Position numbers and translations under genes: made by a program | Source of the DNA: Mycobacterium leprae TN | GTDB lineage: Bacteria; Actinomycetota; Actinomycetes; Mycobacteriales; Mycobacteriaceae | Direction: 5' to 3' | Length of the DNA: 32,000 nt | Assembly (NCBI RefSeq): GCF_000195855.1 | Contig: NC_002677.1 | Span: 1,710,001-1,742,000 of the forward strand | In this document: in pieces, positions 1 through 9,799 of the stretch | Position numbering within the stretch: position 1 is the stretch's first letter | How the letters are laid out: the number at the start of each line of letters is the position of its first letter | Notes under the pieces: model-generated | Told to the model about the DNA's origin: nothing | Seen by the model: the letters and a program-made list of their open reading frames with translations, nothing else | Database searches by the model: none

Positions 1-400
1 CCGTCTCATGCCACCGAGGTGCTCAACAACGACATCTTCACTTCGCAGATCGCCCCCCGACACACACACCTGCGCAATGAGTTCGGTGTCGTGACGGCCC
101 GCAACATAGATTCGACTGGCACGGGCATCCAACACCGTGACCGAACCATAGCCTGTCCGGCCCGCGGTAACCGGCGTAGCGCGGTCGGGAATCACCGGAC
201 AACCCTCAAGCAGAAAACCCCAGTTAGCGAAAAGCCACAGGTGTGCCCGGTGCCGTTCTTCGAGGTCGATACGACCCTATTCGACTCGGACTACAGCGCC
301 AACAGAGCCAAGCACGACATCCCCCAAGCCCGCACTCAGCTCCACTATGTGCTCAATCGAGCGGAGTCGGCATCGACCTCGACAAGGACGTCTGTTCCAT
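1..400 (-). pseudogene. Unidentified coding remnant, cut by the window edge
   Basis: One minus-strand frame reads ...SIEHIVELSAGLGDVVLGSVGAVVRVE*GRIDLEERHRAHLWLFANWGFLLEGCPVIPDRATPVTAGRTGYGSVTVLDARASRIYVAGRHDTELIAQVCVSGGDLRSEDVVVEHLGGMRR, with a single internal TAG. Composition is coding-like. Family not recognised. Confidence 0.35.
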
Positions 401-506
401 GACGAATCAGCCACCCGGCACAATACCTAGGAAACCTTGTGCGCCATCATCTTCGCAATGCGCCGTTGCGTAGCCCAGAACTGCTTACTACTCCGCGGGG
501 GATTTT

Positions 507-1469
507 TTACAAGCCAGCCGACCGCGTAACCGGGCGGCCACAAGCCGTCAGATATTCAGTGTAATTCCACGTCTTCAAAAACTGTTGACCCGCCTGTAAT
601 CCGCTTTGATAGAGCGCTTGCCGCTGCTCGACGGTGATGTTGAAGTCGATCGGACTCACCTCGTCTGCAGGCACAAAGATAGTACGTAACATGGTACATG
701 AATCGTCGATGTATGCATTGTCCTGGTTACTCACCAAGGTCTCAATAGCAGCGATTCCCAACGACACTGGCCCACGCACCGGATGGGTAGGCGGAATGCC
801 AGGACGAGCCGACAGTCGAATCCCGAATGTCGGCCATCGCGCATCACCGTCAGACCGGTCGAATAACTCCACCGGAAAAGTTGACAACAATCCGCCGTCG
901 ACCCAGGTCGCGCCAGCCACCTGAACCGGTTCGAACACATACGGAATCGCCGACGAAGCGTGTACTGCGCGTGCCACTGAGAAGTCGTCCGGGTTGATGC
1001 CGTAGGCATCAAGGTCCCACGGGATGCGCACCAATCGACGTCGCGACAAATCACTGGCAGTCACGACCAGCGACCAGGCAAACTGTTCGGGCTCCTCACC
1101 GGTACGTAAGTCACCGAAGGTATACACGCCTAAGTCGCCGAGCAAACTGGTTAGCCACTCTTCGAGATAGGCCCCTTGGTAGACTCCATCCGACACTAGT
1201 AGCGACAGCCCGCCACCTATTAAAGGCACCCGCCCAATCAAACTACGGTCAAAGAATTTCCGATAGTCGATGGTGCGCATCACTTCAGCAAGCCGAGTCA
1301 GCGGCTCACCAGCGGTCTGCAAGGCGGCGATCAACGATGCAACAAGCGCGCCCGCGCTAGTCCCCGCCACACGAGGAAATCGGTAACCTGCCGTGGCCAG
1401 TGCGTCTACCGCTCCGACCAAGCCAATCCCGCGAATTCCGCCACCTTGACACACCAAGTCGGCATGCAC
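507..1469 (-). CDS. Patatin-like phospholipase family protein (Rv2037c-like)
   Basis: The 329-aa ORF (507..1496) contains the oxyanion motif QGGGIRGIG, the nucleophile elbow GTSAG and the DGG dyad motif. A GTG at 1467-1469 (VHADLVCQGGG) is the more plausible start than the upstream ATG. Confidence 0.88.
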   Translation of the reverse strand: MHADLVCQGGGIRGIGLVGAVDALATAGYRFPRVAGTSAGALVASLIAALQTAGEPLTRLAEVMRTIDYRKFFDRSLIGRVPLIGGGLSLLVSDGVYQGAYLEEWLTSLLGDLGVYTFGDLRTGEEPEQFAWSLVVTASDLSRRRLVRIPWDLDAYGINPDDFSVARAVHASSAIPYVFEPVQVAGATWVDGGLLSTFPVELFDRSDGDARWPTFGIRLSARPGIPPTHPVRGPVSLGIAAIETLVSNQDNAYIDDSCTMLRTIFVPADEVSPIDFNITVEQRQALYQSGLQAGQQFLKTWNYTEYLTACGRPVTRSAGL

Positions 1470-1565
1470 AACACTCACAATTACTAAATATAGCACTATT
1501 ATGTCAGTTTATCTGGTGCGCAGCACGCGGACTAAGTCCTACTCAGTCCTAACTGAACGAGGTGC

Positions 1566-2636
1566 TCAAGAAATTCGATGGCCATCAACGCCGAAGAAAT
1601 GCACATTCCCGGGTTCTGTATACAGACGAACGCGGCTGCCCTTTGCCGGCGGGTTTCGGCCGTCGACGCGTGCAACGACAAGTTGGTCGGTTACTTTGCT
1701 GGCACCTGCGATTCGGCCATATAGATAAGCATCGGCCCCGAGCTCTTCGACCATGTCGATCTCCACTTCGACACCGAGGCTGCCCAGCTCGAAATGTTCG
1801 GGACGGACGCCGATGATGACCTCGCTTGCGGCGCTGGCGATTTCACGCGGTATGCGAATCGGCCAATCCCCCAGCAAAACAGAGGAATCGACGATCGAGA
1901 GGGTGACCAAGTTCATTCCGGGAGACCCTATGAATCCTGCGACAAAAACATTCTCGGGTTTGTGATAAAGTTCACGAGGCGTAGCGAACTGTTGTAACAC
2001 CCCGTAGCACAGTACCGCGACACGGTCCCCCATGGTCATGGCTTCGACCTGGTCGTGGGTGACATAGACGGTGGTAGTGCCGAGTTGACACTGCAATTCC
2101 GCGATTTGATTACGAGTTTGCGCTCGCAGTTTGGCATCGAGATTGGACAGCGGCTCATCCATCAAGAACACCTGTGGACGGCGCACGATGGCCCGCCCCA
2201 TCGCTACCCGCTGACGTTGACCTCCGGAAAGATCTTTTGGTTTGCGATCCAGATACGGTTGCAGATCAAGTAGTTTCGCAACGACGAGTATCCGATCGTG
2301 GATCTCGGCCTTAGAGATTTTAGAGATCTTTAACGCAAACCCTAGATTCTGCGCTACGGTCATGTGCGGGTAAAGGGCATAGTTTTGAAAGACCATCGCG
2401 ACGTCACGATCCTTGGGATCGACGTGAGTGACATCGCGGTCGCCGATCCGAATACATCCGGAATCCAGCGTTTCTAATCCGGCCACCATCCGCAGCGAGG
2501 TGGTCTTGCCGCATCCAGATGGCCCTACCACAACCACAAATTCGCCATCATCGACGTCGAGGTCGAGGCGATCCAGGGCTGGTCGATCTGTGTCAGGGAA
2601 CTGGCGTGTCGCTTGTTCGAAGGTCACCGAAGCCAT
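1566..2636 (-). CDS. Sugar ABC transporter ATP-binding protein, MsmK/UgpC/SugC type (Rv2038c-like)
   Basis: Walker A GPSGCGKTT, signature LSGGQRQRVAMGRA, Walker B VFLMDEPLSNLD, H-loop THDQVEAM and a C-terminal TOBE-like region. The listed 495-aa ORF over-extends; the conserved start MASVTFEQATRQF maps to 2636 (356 aa). Confidence 0.95.
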   Translation of the reverse strand: MASVTFEQATRQFPDTDRPALDRLDLDVDDGEFVVVVGPSGCGKTTSLRMVAGLETLDSGCIRIGDRDVTHVDPKDRDVAMVFQNYALYPHMTVAQNLGFALKISKISKAEIHDRILVVAKLLDLQPYLDRKPKDLSGGQRQRVAMGRAIVRRPQVFLMDEPLSNLDAKLRAQTRNQIAELQCQLGTTTVYVTHDQVEAMTMGDRVAVLCYGVLQQFATPRELYHKPENVFVAGFIGSPGMNLVTLSIVDSSVLLGDWPIRIPREIASAASEVIIGVRPEHFELGSLGVEVEIDMVEELGADAYLYGRIAGASKVTDQLVVARVDGRNPPAKGSRVRLYTEPGNVHFFGVDGHRIS

Positions 2637-2638
2637 GA

Positions 2639-3490
2639 CTACCCGCCGATCCTGGTGACGGTGATACCGCGAACGAAGGCGCGCTGCGCGATCGTATAGA
2701 TGATGACTAGTGGCAGTATGATTAGCATCGAGGTCGCCATTATCACCGGCCAGCAGGTTCCGTACTCCCCCCGCATCCGGACTAGGCCCAACGTCAGTGT
2801 GGCTAGGCTGTTGCGCTGGATCATCAGCAACGGCCACAAAAAGTCGTTCCATACGTTGACCCAGGTGAGGACCGCAAGTACCCCCACTGCGGGCTTGGCG
2901 TGAGGCAACAAGACCCGCCAATAGATCTGCCATGGCGAGCAGCCGTCCAGGATTGCGGCTTCCTCGAGATCGCTCGGCAGTGTCCGGAAGAACTGCCGCA
3001 TGAGGTAGGTGCCGAACGCACTCCCGAACAAGCCTGGCACGATCATCGCCCACGGCGTGTCAGTCCATCCCAGGACTCGCATCAGGATGAACTGTGGTAT
3101 AATTGTTACAGTTAGTGGCATCATCAACGTGCCCAGGTATAAAACGAACAACGCATCGCGCCCGCGAAATTGTAGTCGTGCAAACGCATATCCAGCCAGT
3201 GAGCAGAAGAAAACCTGGCCGACTGTGACGTATCCAGCATACAACACGGTATTGAAAAACATTCGCCAGAAGGGTATCAGATCAAACACCTCGGTGTAGT
3301 TAGACCATTGCGGATGGGCTGGCAAGAGCGTGGGTTCGCGTATCTCGCCTTCCTTCTTCAACGAGCCTGACAACGCCCAGACAATGGGGAACAGGGCGCA
3401 CCACGCGATGCCGGTCAGCGCTATGTAAACGACCACCGCACGCAAGACACTGCGCTTAACTATATGGTTGAGTCGCTCAGCTAAGCCCAC
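2639..3490 (-). CDS. Sugar ABC transporter permease, MalG/UgpE type (Rv2039c-like)
   Basis: 283-aa membrane protein with the EAAxxDG-type loop EEAAILDGCSPWQIYWRVLLPHAKP. Confidence 0.93.
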   Translation of the reverse strand: MGLAERLNHIVKRSVLRAVVVYIALTGIAWCALFPIVWALSGSLKKEGEIREPTLLPAHPQWSNYTEVFDLIPFWRMFFNTVLYAGYVTVGQVFFCSLAGYAFARLQFRGRDALFVLYLGTLMMPLTVTIIPQFILMRVLGWTDTPWAMIVPGLFGSAFGTYLMRQFFRTLPSDLEEAAILDGCSPWQIYWRVLLPHAKPAVGVLAVLTWVNVWNDFLWPLLMIQRNSLATLTLGLVRMRGEYGTCWPVIMATSMLIILPLVIIYTIAQRAFVRGITVTRIGG

Positions 3491-4436
3491 CAGAAACCTC
3501 CCACGAATGCCGTCGGTTCAGCAGCAACTGCAACACGATTAACACCAACAAGATTGCGAACGTCACCAACGCCAGCGCCGACGCATAACCGAATTCTAGG
3601 AACGAAAACGCGTGCTGGAACAACATGATGCCTAACACATAGGTCGCCAATTCTGGACCGCCGTTTGGGCCATTAAGCACGTACACCAGGTCAAATGTCT
3701 GAAACGCGTGAATGAACGAAATGACCACCACAAACGAGATTGCCCCGCGGATAAAAGGCACAGTGATGGATATGAATTGTCTTATCTCGCCTGCACCATC
3801 AATTTTGGCCGCCTCGTAAACTGTCTTGGGAACCTCCTGCATCGCTGCCAACAAGACGACGGTGGCAAACGGCACGCTCCGCCAAACGCTGACAATGCAA
3901 AGCGAGGCCATCGCCCATCCAGGGTTCACCAACCAGGGAATTGGGCCGATGCCAATCCAGCCGAGCATGATGTTGAGCAGCCCGTTATGGGTATTGAAGA
4001 TGAACTGCCAAACGACCGCCATCACCACTGAGGAAATGGCCAGTGGCAAGAAGACAATCGTTCGAAAGATCCCGATTCCCTTGACTTTCTGGTTAAGCAC
4101 ACCGGCAACTACCAGACTGATCAGGACGGTCGGTATGACCGTCCCAACAGTGAAAACCACACTGTTGCACAGCGCGATGAGAAACAGCGGATCTGAAGTG
4201 AAGAGATTTTGGAAATTCGCCAGACCCACGAACACCGGCGGGGTGAACATGTCCCACTTCTGAAAGCTCATATACAGCGAGAATCCGAGCGGAAACAGCA
4301 TAAAGACTGAGACCGAAGCCAGATTAGGTGCGATGAACATGCGACCGGCCCACGCGCGCCGGCGCGAAGGCGGCAAGCTGGCGTGGTTTTTAGCGATACT
4401 AGGCTCGGGTACCGCTGTGGTCTCGACCGATGTCAT
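3477..4436 (-). CDS. Sugar ABC transporter permease, MalF/UgpA type (Rv2040c-like)
   Basis: 319-aa membrane protein with the permease loop YEAAKIDGAGEIRQFISITVPFIRG. It overlaps the downstream permease by 14 nt. Confidence 0.93.
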   Translation of the reverse strand: MTSVETTAVPEPSIAKNHASLPPSRRRAWAGRMFIAPNLASVSVFMLFPLGFSLYMSFQKWDMFTPPVFVGLANFQNLFTSDPLFLIALCNSVVFTVGTVIPTVLISLVVAGVLNQKVKGIGIFRTIVFLPLAISSVVMAVVWQFIFNTHNGLLNIMLGWIGIGPIPWLVNPGWAMASLCIVSVWRSVPFATVVLLAAMQEVPKTVYEAAKIDGAGEIRQFISITVPFIRGAISFVVVISFIHAFQTFDLVYVLNGPNGGPELATYVLGIMLFQHAFSFLEFGYASALALVTFAILLVLIVLQLLLNRRHSWEVSGGLS

Positions 4437-5770
4437 GGACTATTCAACACCTCGTCGACAGCGCGTGCGAGTCCGGCCAGCGATGTCGCCGGCCGGACTC
4501 CTCGCAGCACAGGTCCGAAGTTACGATCCATCAAGGCGTTGATCTTTTCCCACGCTGGTGTGATCGGCAGGCCCGCTGAATGGACTGGCCCCCCAGTGAG
4601 TACGGCGAGGTTAGCCACTCTATTATGAGCTTTGGCGAATCCCGTAGAATAGATCGCGGATTGCAGGACTGGGACAAAGAGACAGGATTCACCGATCAAC
4701 GCTTGACCGGCGGGGCCGGTCGCGAATTTCACGAACTCCCATGCCTGTTCCTTGCGTGAACTGCTGGCAGCGATAGCCAGTCCAGTGGCACCGATATCGG
4801 AGCAGGCGCCGGATCTCGTGGCGGGCACTGTGCCCGCCGAAGGCCCGATAGGCAGTGACGTAACATCGAAATCCAGCCCCTCGGCTCGCATGAATGTTTG
4901 GTAGCGCCAATGCCCACCCAGCGCAATCGCTGCCTTGCCCAACGAGAACAAATCGGCCGTAGCCATCCATTGTTGCTCGGATGCGTCGGGAGCCACCTGG
5001 TATTTGTTGGTCAGATCGCAATAGAACTGCACCGCCTCGATAAACGCGTCGTCATCGAAATTGAGATGAGTCGGGTTCATCCGCGGGTTGGACCAAGGTA
5101 CTCCGTTGTTGAGGGCGAACAATCCAGCCGTGTAGTACGAGAGCCAGGTGTTGACAAAGCCCCACTGCGTGACCCGTCCCGATGAATCCCGCTTAGTGAG
5201 AGCGCGGGCGGTGTCCAGGAATTCGGTGAAACTCCATGGCTGTTCCCAGGTGCAGGGCGGCGGCTGCACGCCAGCGTTTGTGAACAGCTGTTTGTTGTAA
5301 AACAAGTAGTTTCCAGACCATTGTTCGGGAAAGGCGTACTGGCCTCCGTTGAATGTGAAGGTCTCATACAGCGGCTCGATACTGTCGGACTTCAGCTCCG
5401 CAGCAAACGCCTTATCCTGTCCTAACAACGTGTTGAGATCCAGCAAAACTCCCCGGTCCGCCAGTTCGGCATAGGTCAAATCCCACGCCATCAACACATC
5501 CGGGCATTTACCGCCAGCGCAAAACGTCGATAACTGCTGCATAACACCCGGCCCGGACAACACCGCCCGCACTTTAATGTCGGGATGGTCGCGCTGAAAT
5601 TCGCCGACGATGCGCATTCGGGCATTGGTCTCCTCCGGATTGGCGGCGAAAAAGAAGGTCAACGCATCGTCGTCGGAACTACAACCAACAGCCCCGGGTG
5701 CCAGTGCCGCCGCGGTGAGCGCACCGGCACCCCGCAACAGGCTTCGCCGCCCGAACAGTTTACCGTGCAT
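4433..5770 (-). CDS. Extracellular solute-binding lipoprotein, sugar ABC transporter (Rv2041c-like)
   Basis: 445 aa. N-terminus GRRSLLRGAGALTAAALAPGAVGC, a signal peptide with a lipobox-like Cys and twin-Arg character. Body resembles the family 1 solute-binding fold (PDVLMAWDLTYAELADRGVLLDL). ATGA overlap with the permease gene. Confidence 0.92.
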   Translation of the reverse strand: MHGKLFGRRSLLRGAGALTAAALAPGAVGCSSDDDALTFFFAANPEETNARMRIVGEFQRDHPDIKVRAVLSGPGVMQQLSTFCAGGKCPDVLMAWDLTYAELADRGVLLDLNTLLGQDKAFAAELKSDSIEPLYETFTFNGGQYAFPEQWSGNYLFYNKQLFTNAGVQPPPCTWEQPWSFTEFLDTARALTKRDSSGRVTQWGFVNTWLSYYTAGLFALNNGVPWSNPRMNPTHLNFDDDAFIEAVQFYCDLTNKYQVAPDASEQQWMATADLFSLGKAAIALGGHWRYQTFMRAEGLDFDVTSLPIGPSAGTVPATRSGACSDIGATGLAIAASSSRKEQAWEFVKFATGPAGQALIGESCLFVPVLQSAIYSTGFAKAHNRVANLAVLTGGPVHSAGLPITPAWEKINALMDRNFGPVLRGVRPATSLAGLARAVDEVLNSP

Positions 5771-5974
5771 AGCACTTCCGACCTCGGAGCCTTGCCGACC
5801 GACCCTGCGGCTGTGTCCGATCTCCTTGGCACCTTATCAGCACGTGGTGCACCCGAGACAACCTACGCGGCACTGTAAGAACAACCCGACGCACGCGATC
5901 AGGTTCGCTGTTTAATGTGGATCTCATGGATGCCATTGTGGTCACCGACGCCGATCTGAAACAATGCATACACG

Positions 5975-6720
5975 CGACCGCACGGCGTGCTCACGCTAAC
6001 CCAGGATTCCATCGATGATCAAGACGGCAACGGATTGCGCACGTCGTGCGAATCGACGGGTCTCGTCGGCGACTTCCTTGGCTCCACGCATCTCGGTCAG
6101 CACCCCGACGGGAACCAGCACGCGATTGACTGTCCGCACCACCTCGGGTGCCCGCAGATCCAACAACGTGGCGATATCACCGTCGCAGGACGCTTCCAGA
6201 AACGCCTCCACGCTCTCGGGGCGCTTAGCCACACAGCGGAGTTGGGCGGGCCAGGGTCGCTATGCAGCCGCCCACGAACCCAGCCCCAGCTGGTGAGTTT
6301 CTTGACGGTTTCCGGTGATCGCTTCAACAGGTCGGCAATCGTCTCGAACGACACAGCAAACACGTTGTGAAGCACCAACGCAACACGTTGTGCGGATGGA
6401 AGCCAGTCCAAAATGGCCAATAACGCGCTGCTGACTGCGTTCTTCAGCAGCGCGTCTTCGTCGGCCAGCGCGGAGATGGTTTGCACTAGCTGGTCTAATT
6501 CGTTGGAGTCGACCAGCGGTCACTTTACTCGTCGCTTACGTACTGGAAGCTGGTCGAAAGACTCATGCACGGTAACCACCGTGAACCAGCCGGTGAAGTT
6601 GTCCACGGTGCAGAAATCCGAGCTGCTGGCCTTCAGCCAGCACCATTTTAGAGCGTCATCAGCATTGGCTACCGAGCCAAGCAGCTAAAACGCGACTGGA
6701 AAGTGTCTTCGCTCTTTGTC
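5975..6720 (-). pseudogene. SigJ-like ECF RNA polymerase sigma factor with C-terminal SnoaL-like domain, frameshifted
   Basis: Reading across frames: LGSVANADDAL (region 2-like), DNFTGWFTVVTVHESFDQL, then ISALADEDALLKNAVSSALLAILDWLPSAQRVALVLHNVFAVSFETIADLLKRSPETVKKL (region 4), then in another frame VEAFLEASCDGDIATLLDLRAPEVVRTVNRVLVPVGVLTEMRGAKEVADETRRFARRAQSV (SnoaL-like). Confidence 0.8.
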
Positions 6721-6923
6721 AAACCGCTACGCCAAATACCATTAAGATCGACAAAATTTTCTGGCCCACTCATAGCGGTCACCTTCCCTACGCAAGAGCC
6801 GTCAAGTAGATGACCGCACACGTTTGAACTTTGTGTCACAAAAGGAGACCAGCATCATGACACTATCTATCATGTTCCGCATAGCACACTGCGGCCATGA
6901 GGCTCGTTGCACGGGTTGGACTT

Positions 6924-7250
6924 ATGAACACCGCATACATCATGGTCACGGTAAGCACAGCGATGGCCACTGCGGGAATCGCTGTAACCAACTTCATACC
7001 CGCCAAATTCGTGCTGGCGCATTCGACCGAGGTTGGTGTGTCGTGGTCGTGGCTACCGACACTGGAAGCTGTGAAACTGGCCGAAGTTATCTGGTTGGTT
7101 ATCGGTCTCTTAGGGCTGTCTGTCCCCGAAATTACGGCGGCGGCCGGCCTGGTGCTGTTCTCGGTCGGCGCAGTCGTAGCGCACCTCCGGATCCTCGTCC
7201 TTTACAATATCGGCTTTCCGGGCTGTTACTTGTTGCTGTCGACCGAATAA
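6924..7250 (+). CDS. DoxX-like small membrane protein, possibly 3'-truncated
   Basis: MNTAYIMVTVSTAMATAGIAVTNFIPAKFVLAHSTEVGVSWSWLPTLEAVKLAEVIWLVIGLLGLSVPEITAAAGLVLFSVGAVVAHLRILVLYNIGFPGCYLLLSTE. Pattern matches DoxX_2 family proteins, but the C-terminus is short. Confidence 0.6.
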   Translation: MNTAYIMVTVSTAMATAGIAVTNFIPAKFVLAHSTEVGVSWSWLPTLEAVKLAEVIWLVIGLLGLSVPEITAAAGLVLFSVGAVVAHLRILVLYNIGFPGCYLLLSTE

Positions 7251-7259
7251 TCTGGCGCT

Positions 7260-8066
7260 GATGGTTTTGCACTGGACAACGCCGCACCAGAGCGGGAAGG
7301 ACCGAACCGGTTGATCTCGTTGCCTCACCAGACCACGTCGGCGAACATGAGACCGCGCTCATGAACGGCCAGCGAGATAGCAACGGTAGATCCGGCACTG
7401 TTCATTTTGGCCCCGTTGAGTCGTTCGACGAGTTCAACAACATCAAGAGGATCGTTGTCGACCAAAGTTATTGCAGCAGTAAATGACAACGCACGACAGG
7501 TGGCCGATGTTTCACGTTGTGCAACCGAGTGCAGGAAGGTTGCCACCAACTTCCTGTGGTGTGTTCCGGCCCTAAACCCTAAAAAGCACCGAATGAAAAC
7601 GCGCAGTAGCATGCGATCCCTGACTGTCCAATAGCCCTCAGGGCAATTAGAGGGCGGATGATACCGCTCGCAACCTGGTTAAACAGGGGACTGTAGCATA
7701 ATCACCGGCAATTCCCCGTAGGCCCGCAGCACGACAATCGCCCATTCGCCGCTAGCTTTTCGAAGGTTATAGGGCAAAAAGTGGAAATATACTATTATCA
7801 CAGCTTACGACATCGCTATGTCGAGTTCGAGATAACGCACAATGACGCTACCCAATCATGATGGAATTTGATGTCGCGTGGCCCGATGAAGGTACCGTAA
7901 AAGCGGTCGATTTGTGCGTGCCCTACATGCGGCTGCCAGTTCACTGATCTTCGATTCGGCCGTCGCTGGTCAATAGTTCAACCCATCCGATACGTTCGTG
8001 GAACCGGTCGCCTGCGTCGACCGGTTCCACCGCGGCCAGTAGTTCGTCGCGGCTCGGTGCCGCCAT
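7260..8066 (-). pseudogene. Rv2042c-like conserved protein, multiply frameshifted
   Basis: Start MAAPSRDELLAAVEP at 8066, GWVELLTSDGRIEDQ*, GHAQIDRFYGTFIGPRDIKFHHD, then CFLGFRAGTHHRKLVATFLHSVAQRETSATCRALSFTAAITLVDNDPLDVVELVERLNGAK...STVAISLAVHERGLMFADVVW*GNEINRFG. Confidence 0.8.
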
Positions 8067-8618
8067 CAGGAATTCAAGCCTAAGGTGACGCCGGTATTGC
8101 TCATCTCGTTGAGTGCCCTCATGGTCGACGACGCGTTGGACCCCACTAACAGGTCTAGCAATATCAGCGTCACAAAGCCCACCCGGGCCGGGCCTTGGTC
8201 GGTTCTGGACACGCAGAAGTCGGTGGCAACGCCGACCCCCATATCAACCTCGTTCACCTCGTGCAGCAACAACCAGTCAAGCAGCAATGTCTCCATCTAG
8301 TCGACACTCTCGAAACCGCTGTAAGCACCCTTACGGAAGATCACCTAAACCGGGCTCGTGTCGAGATCAAGATGAAACGTCGGCACCGGAGCTTCCCGCC
8401 ACGCAGTCCGGCAGCCGGGACGATACGTGGTGTATATCCTGTGTGTCAGAGAAATGGTTCCCAAGGTTTATGTGGTGGCCACGAGGTATCTGATAGCTGG
8501 CCTGCTGGGCCGGGTAAGCGTTAATCGCGTGGGGTAGCGTATCCGCGCCGCCGGCCGCTGGCACCGATGCACCCGTGCAGAAACCGTCCTGCACGTCGAC
8601 AATGATCAACGTTCGCAT
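8066..8618 (-). pseudogene. pncA: Nicotinamidase/pyrazinamidase, frameshifted
   Basis: Frame A: MRTLIIVDVQDGFCTGASVPAAGGADTLPHAINAY...HINLGNHFSDTQDIHHVSSRLPDCVAGSSGADVS. Frame B: HLDLDTSPV*VIFRKGAYSGFESVD*METLLLDWLLLHEVNEVDMGVGVATDFCV... One frameshift and at least two in-frame stops. Stop and start of the next gene overlap as TGATG. Confidence 0.93.
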
Positions 8619-9799
8619 CCGGTCCACCATATCCGCCGTCGCAGTAAACTGCCGTCGCAAACTGCTGTTGATATAGCACGCGGTTTGTTTGCCGGCCAGC
8701 CGGATAACCCAACGACCATGTTTATGCGCAGAATCTGCACGACCCCTGTTGTCGGTGATGTTTATAGGCTAAATAGTCGAATCGCTGCTCAATCACAAGT
8801 CGGCAGTGGCAGTGCCCGCAGTAGGCGGTCTGCAGGTACTGCCGGATCCCGTTGGCAGCAGTGTTCCGGACGACGCCGAAACGTTCACTCAGATCAATGC
8901 GACTGATTCAGATCGGGGGCAGTCTCTGCCGGCCACCGGTTAGCTGCCCCGTCTCACCTCCACCGCGCTTACGTGCACCATGTTAACGGCCAGCCTGGGA
9001 GTGCACACGTTCTGGAATAAATACGATCCAGTACGCAAAGCGTAGAAAAGCCGGGAGCTTCTGGCCGACCTTAGCTTTTTGGGCGGACTTGTGACCGCAC
9101 CGCAGACAAGCCGTCCTAGGGACGGTGCGGCCGCCGGGCGACTAAGCGGATCTCGTAAATGGTGTCTCCAGCGGTGCCGGGATTTGACCACCGGTTGCCC
9201 GACGCGGATACTTGCGAAAAGATCGCACATAACCCTGCCGGTCGGCGCCGAAAGTGGCCGCGAAATGCCCATCAGCGCCATCTAAAAGAGCACGCCACTG
9301 ACCTCAGGCCGCCCGTCCGCACGGCAAGCCAGCCGACACTACGCTAGACTAGCGTTGGTAGACGGGTCAGCAGTTGTAGTCACATGCAAGCGCTGCTGGT
9401 AATCACTGATCAGGTTTATCGCTGGCGACTTGGTCTGCTGTGCCAGTTCCTTACTTAATATCAAGATAGAAAATGGGCGATGAATCCGTCCGGCGGCAGC
9501 GGCCAACACTGCGACCCGCGCCCCAACCATTCAAAGCAAGTCAACGGGCAATAAACACGATTGGCGGCTATGACAATTTTACTCTCAACCACCACCGGCA
9601 TGTGCAGCTAGATCCGCGCGCCATCAATACACCGCTAGGAAGCCGCCGATGACAACGTAACAGGCGAAGATAAACCTGCAACACGACCAACGGTTTAGTA
9701 CATTGTCGCGCTGTCTACGGGTTCTGCCGCACTGCCGAGCCTGGCCAGGAAAGTGACGAAAGTATCGACGATGGCAGCGACATCCTGGCCGTGCTAGTC

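Noticed and set aside
2637-3053. N-terminal 139-aa extension of the 495-aa ATPase ORF
   Set aside because: It is antisense-frame read-through over the permease gene. Family homology begins at MASVTFEQ (2636) and a separate in-frame permease gene occupies 2639-3490.
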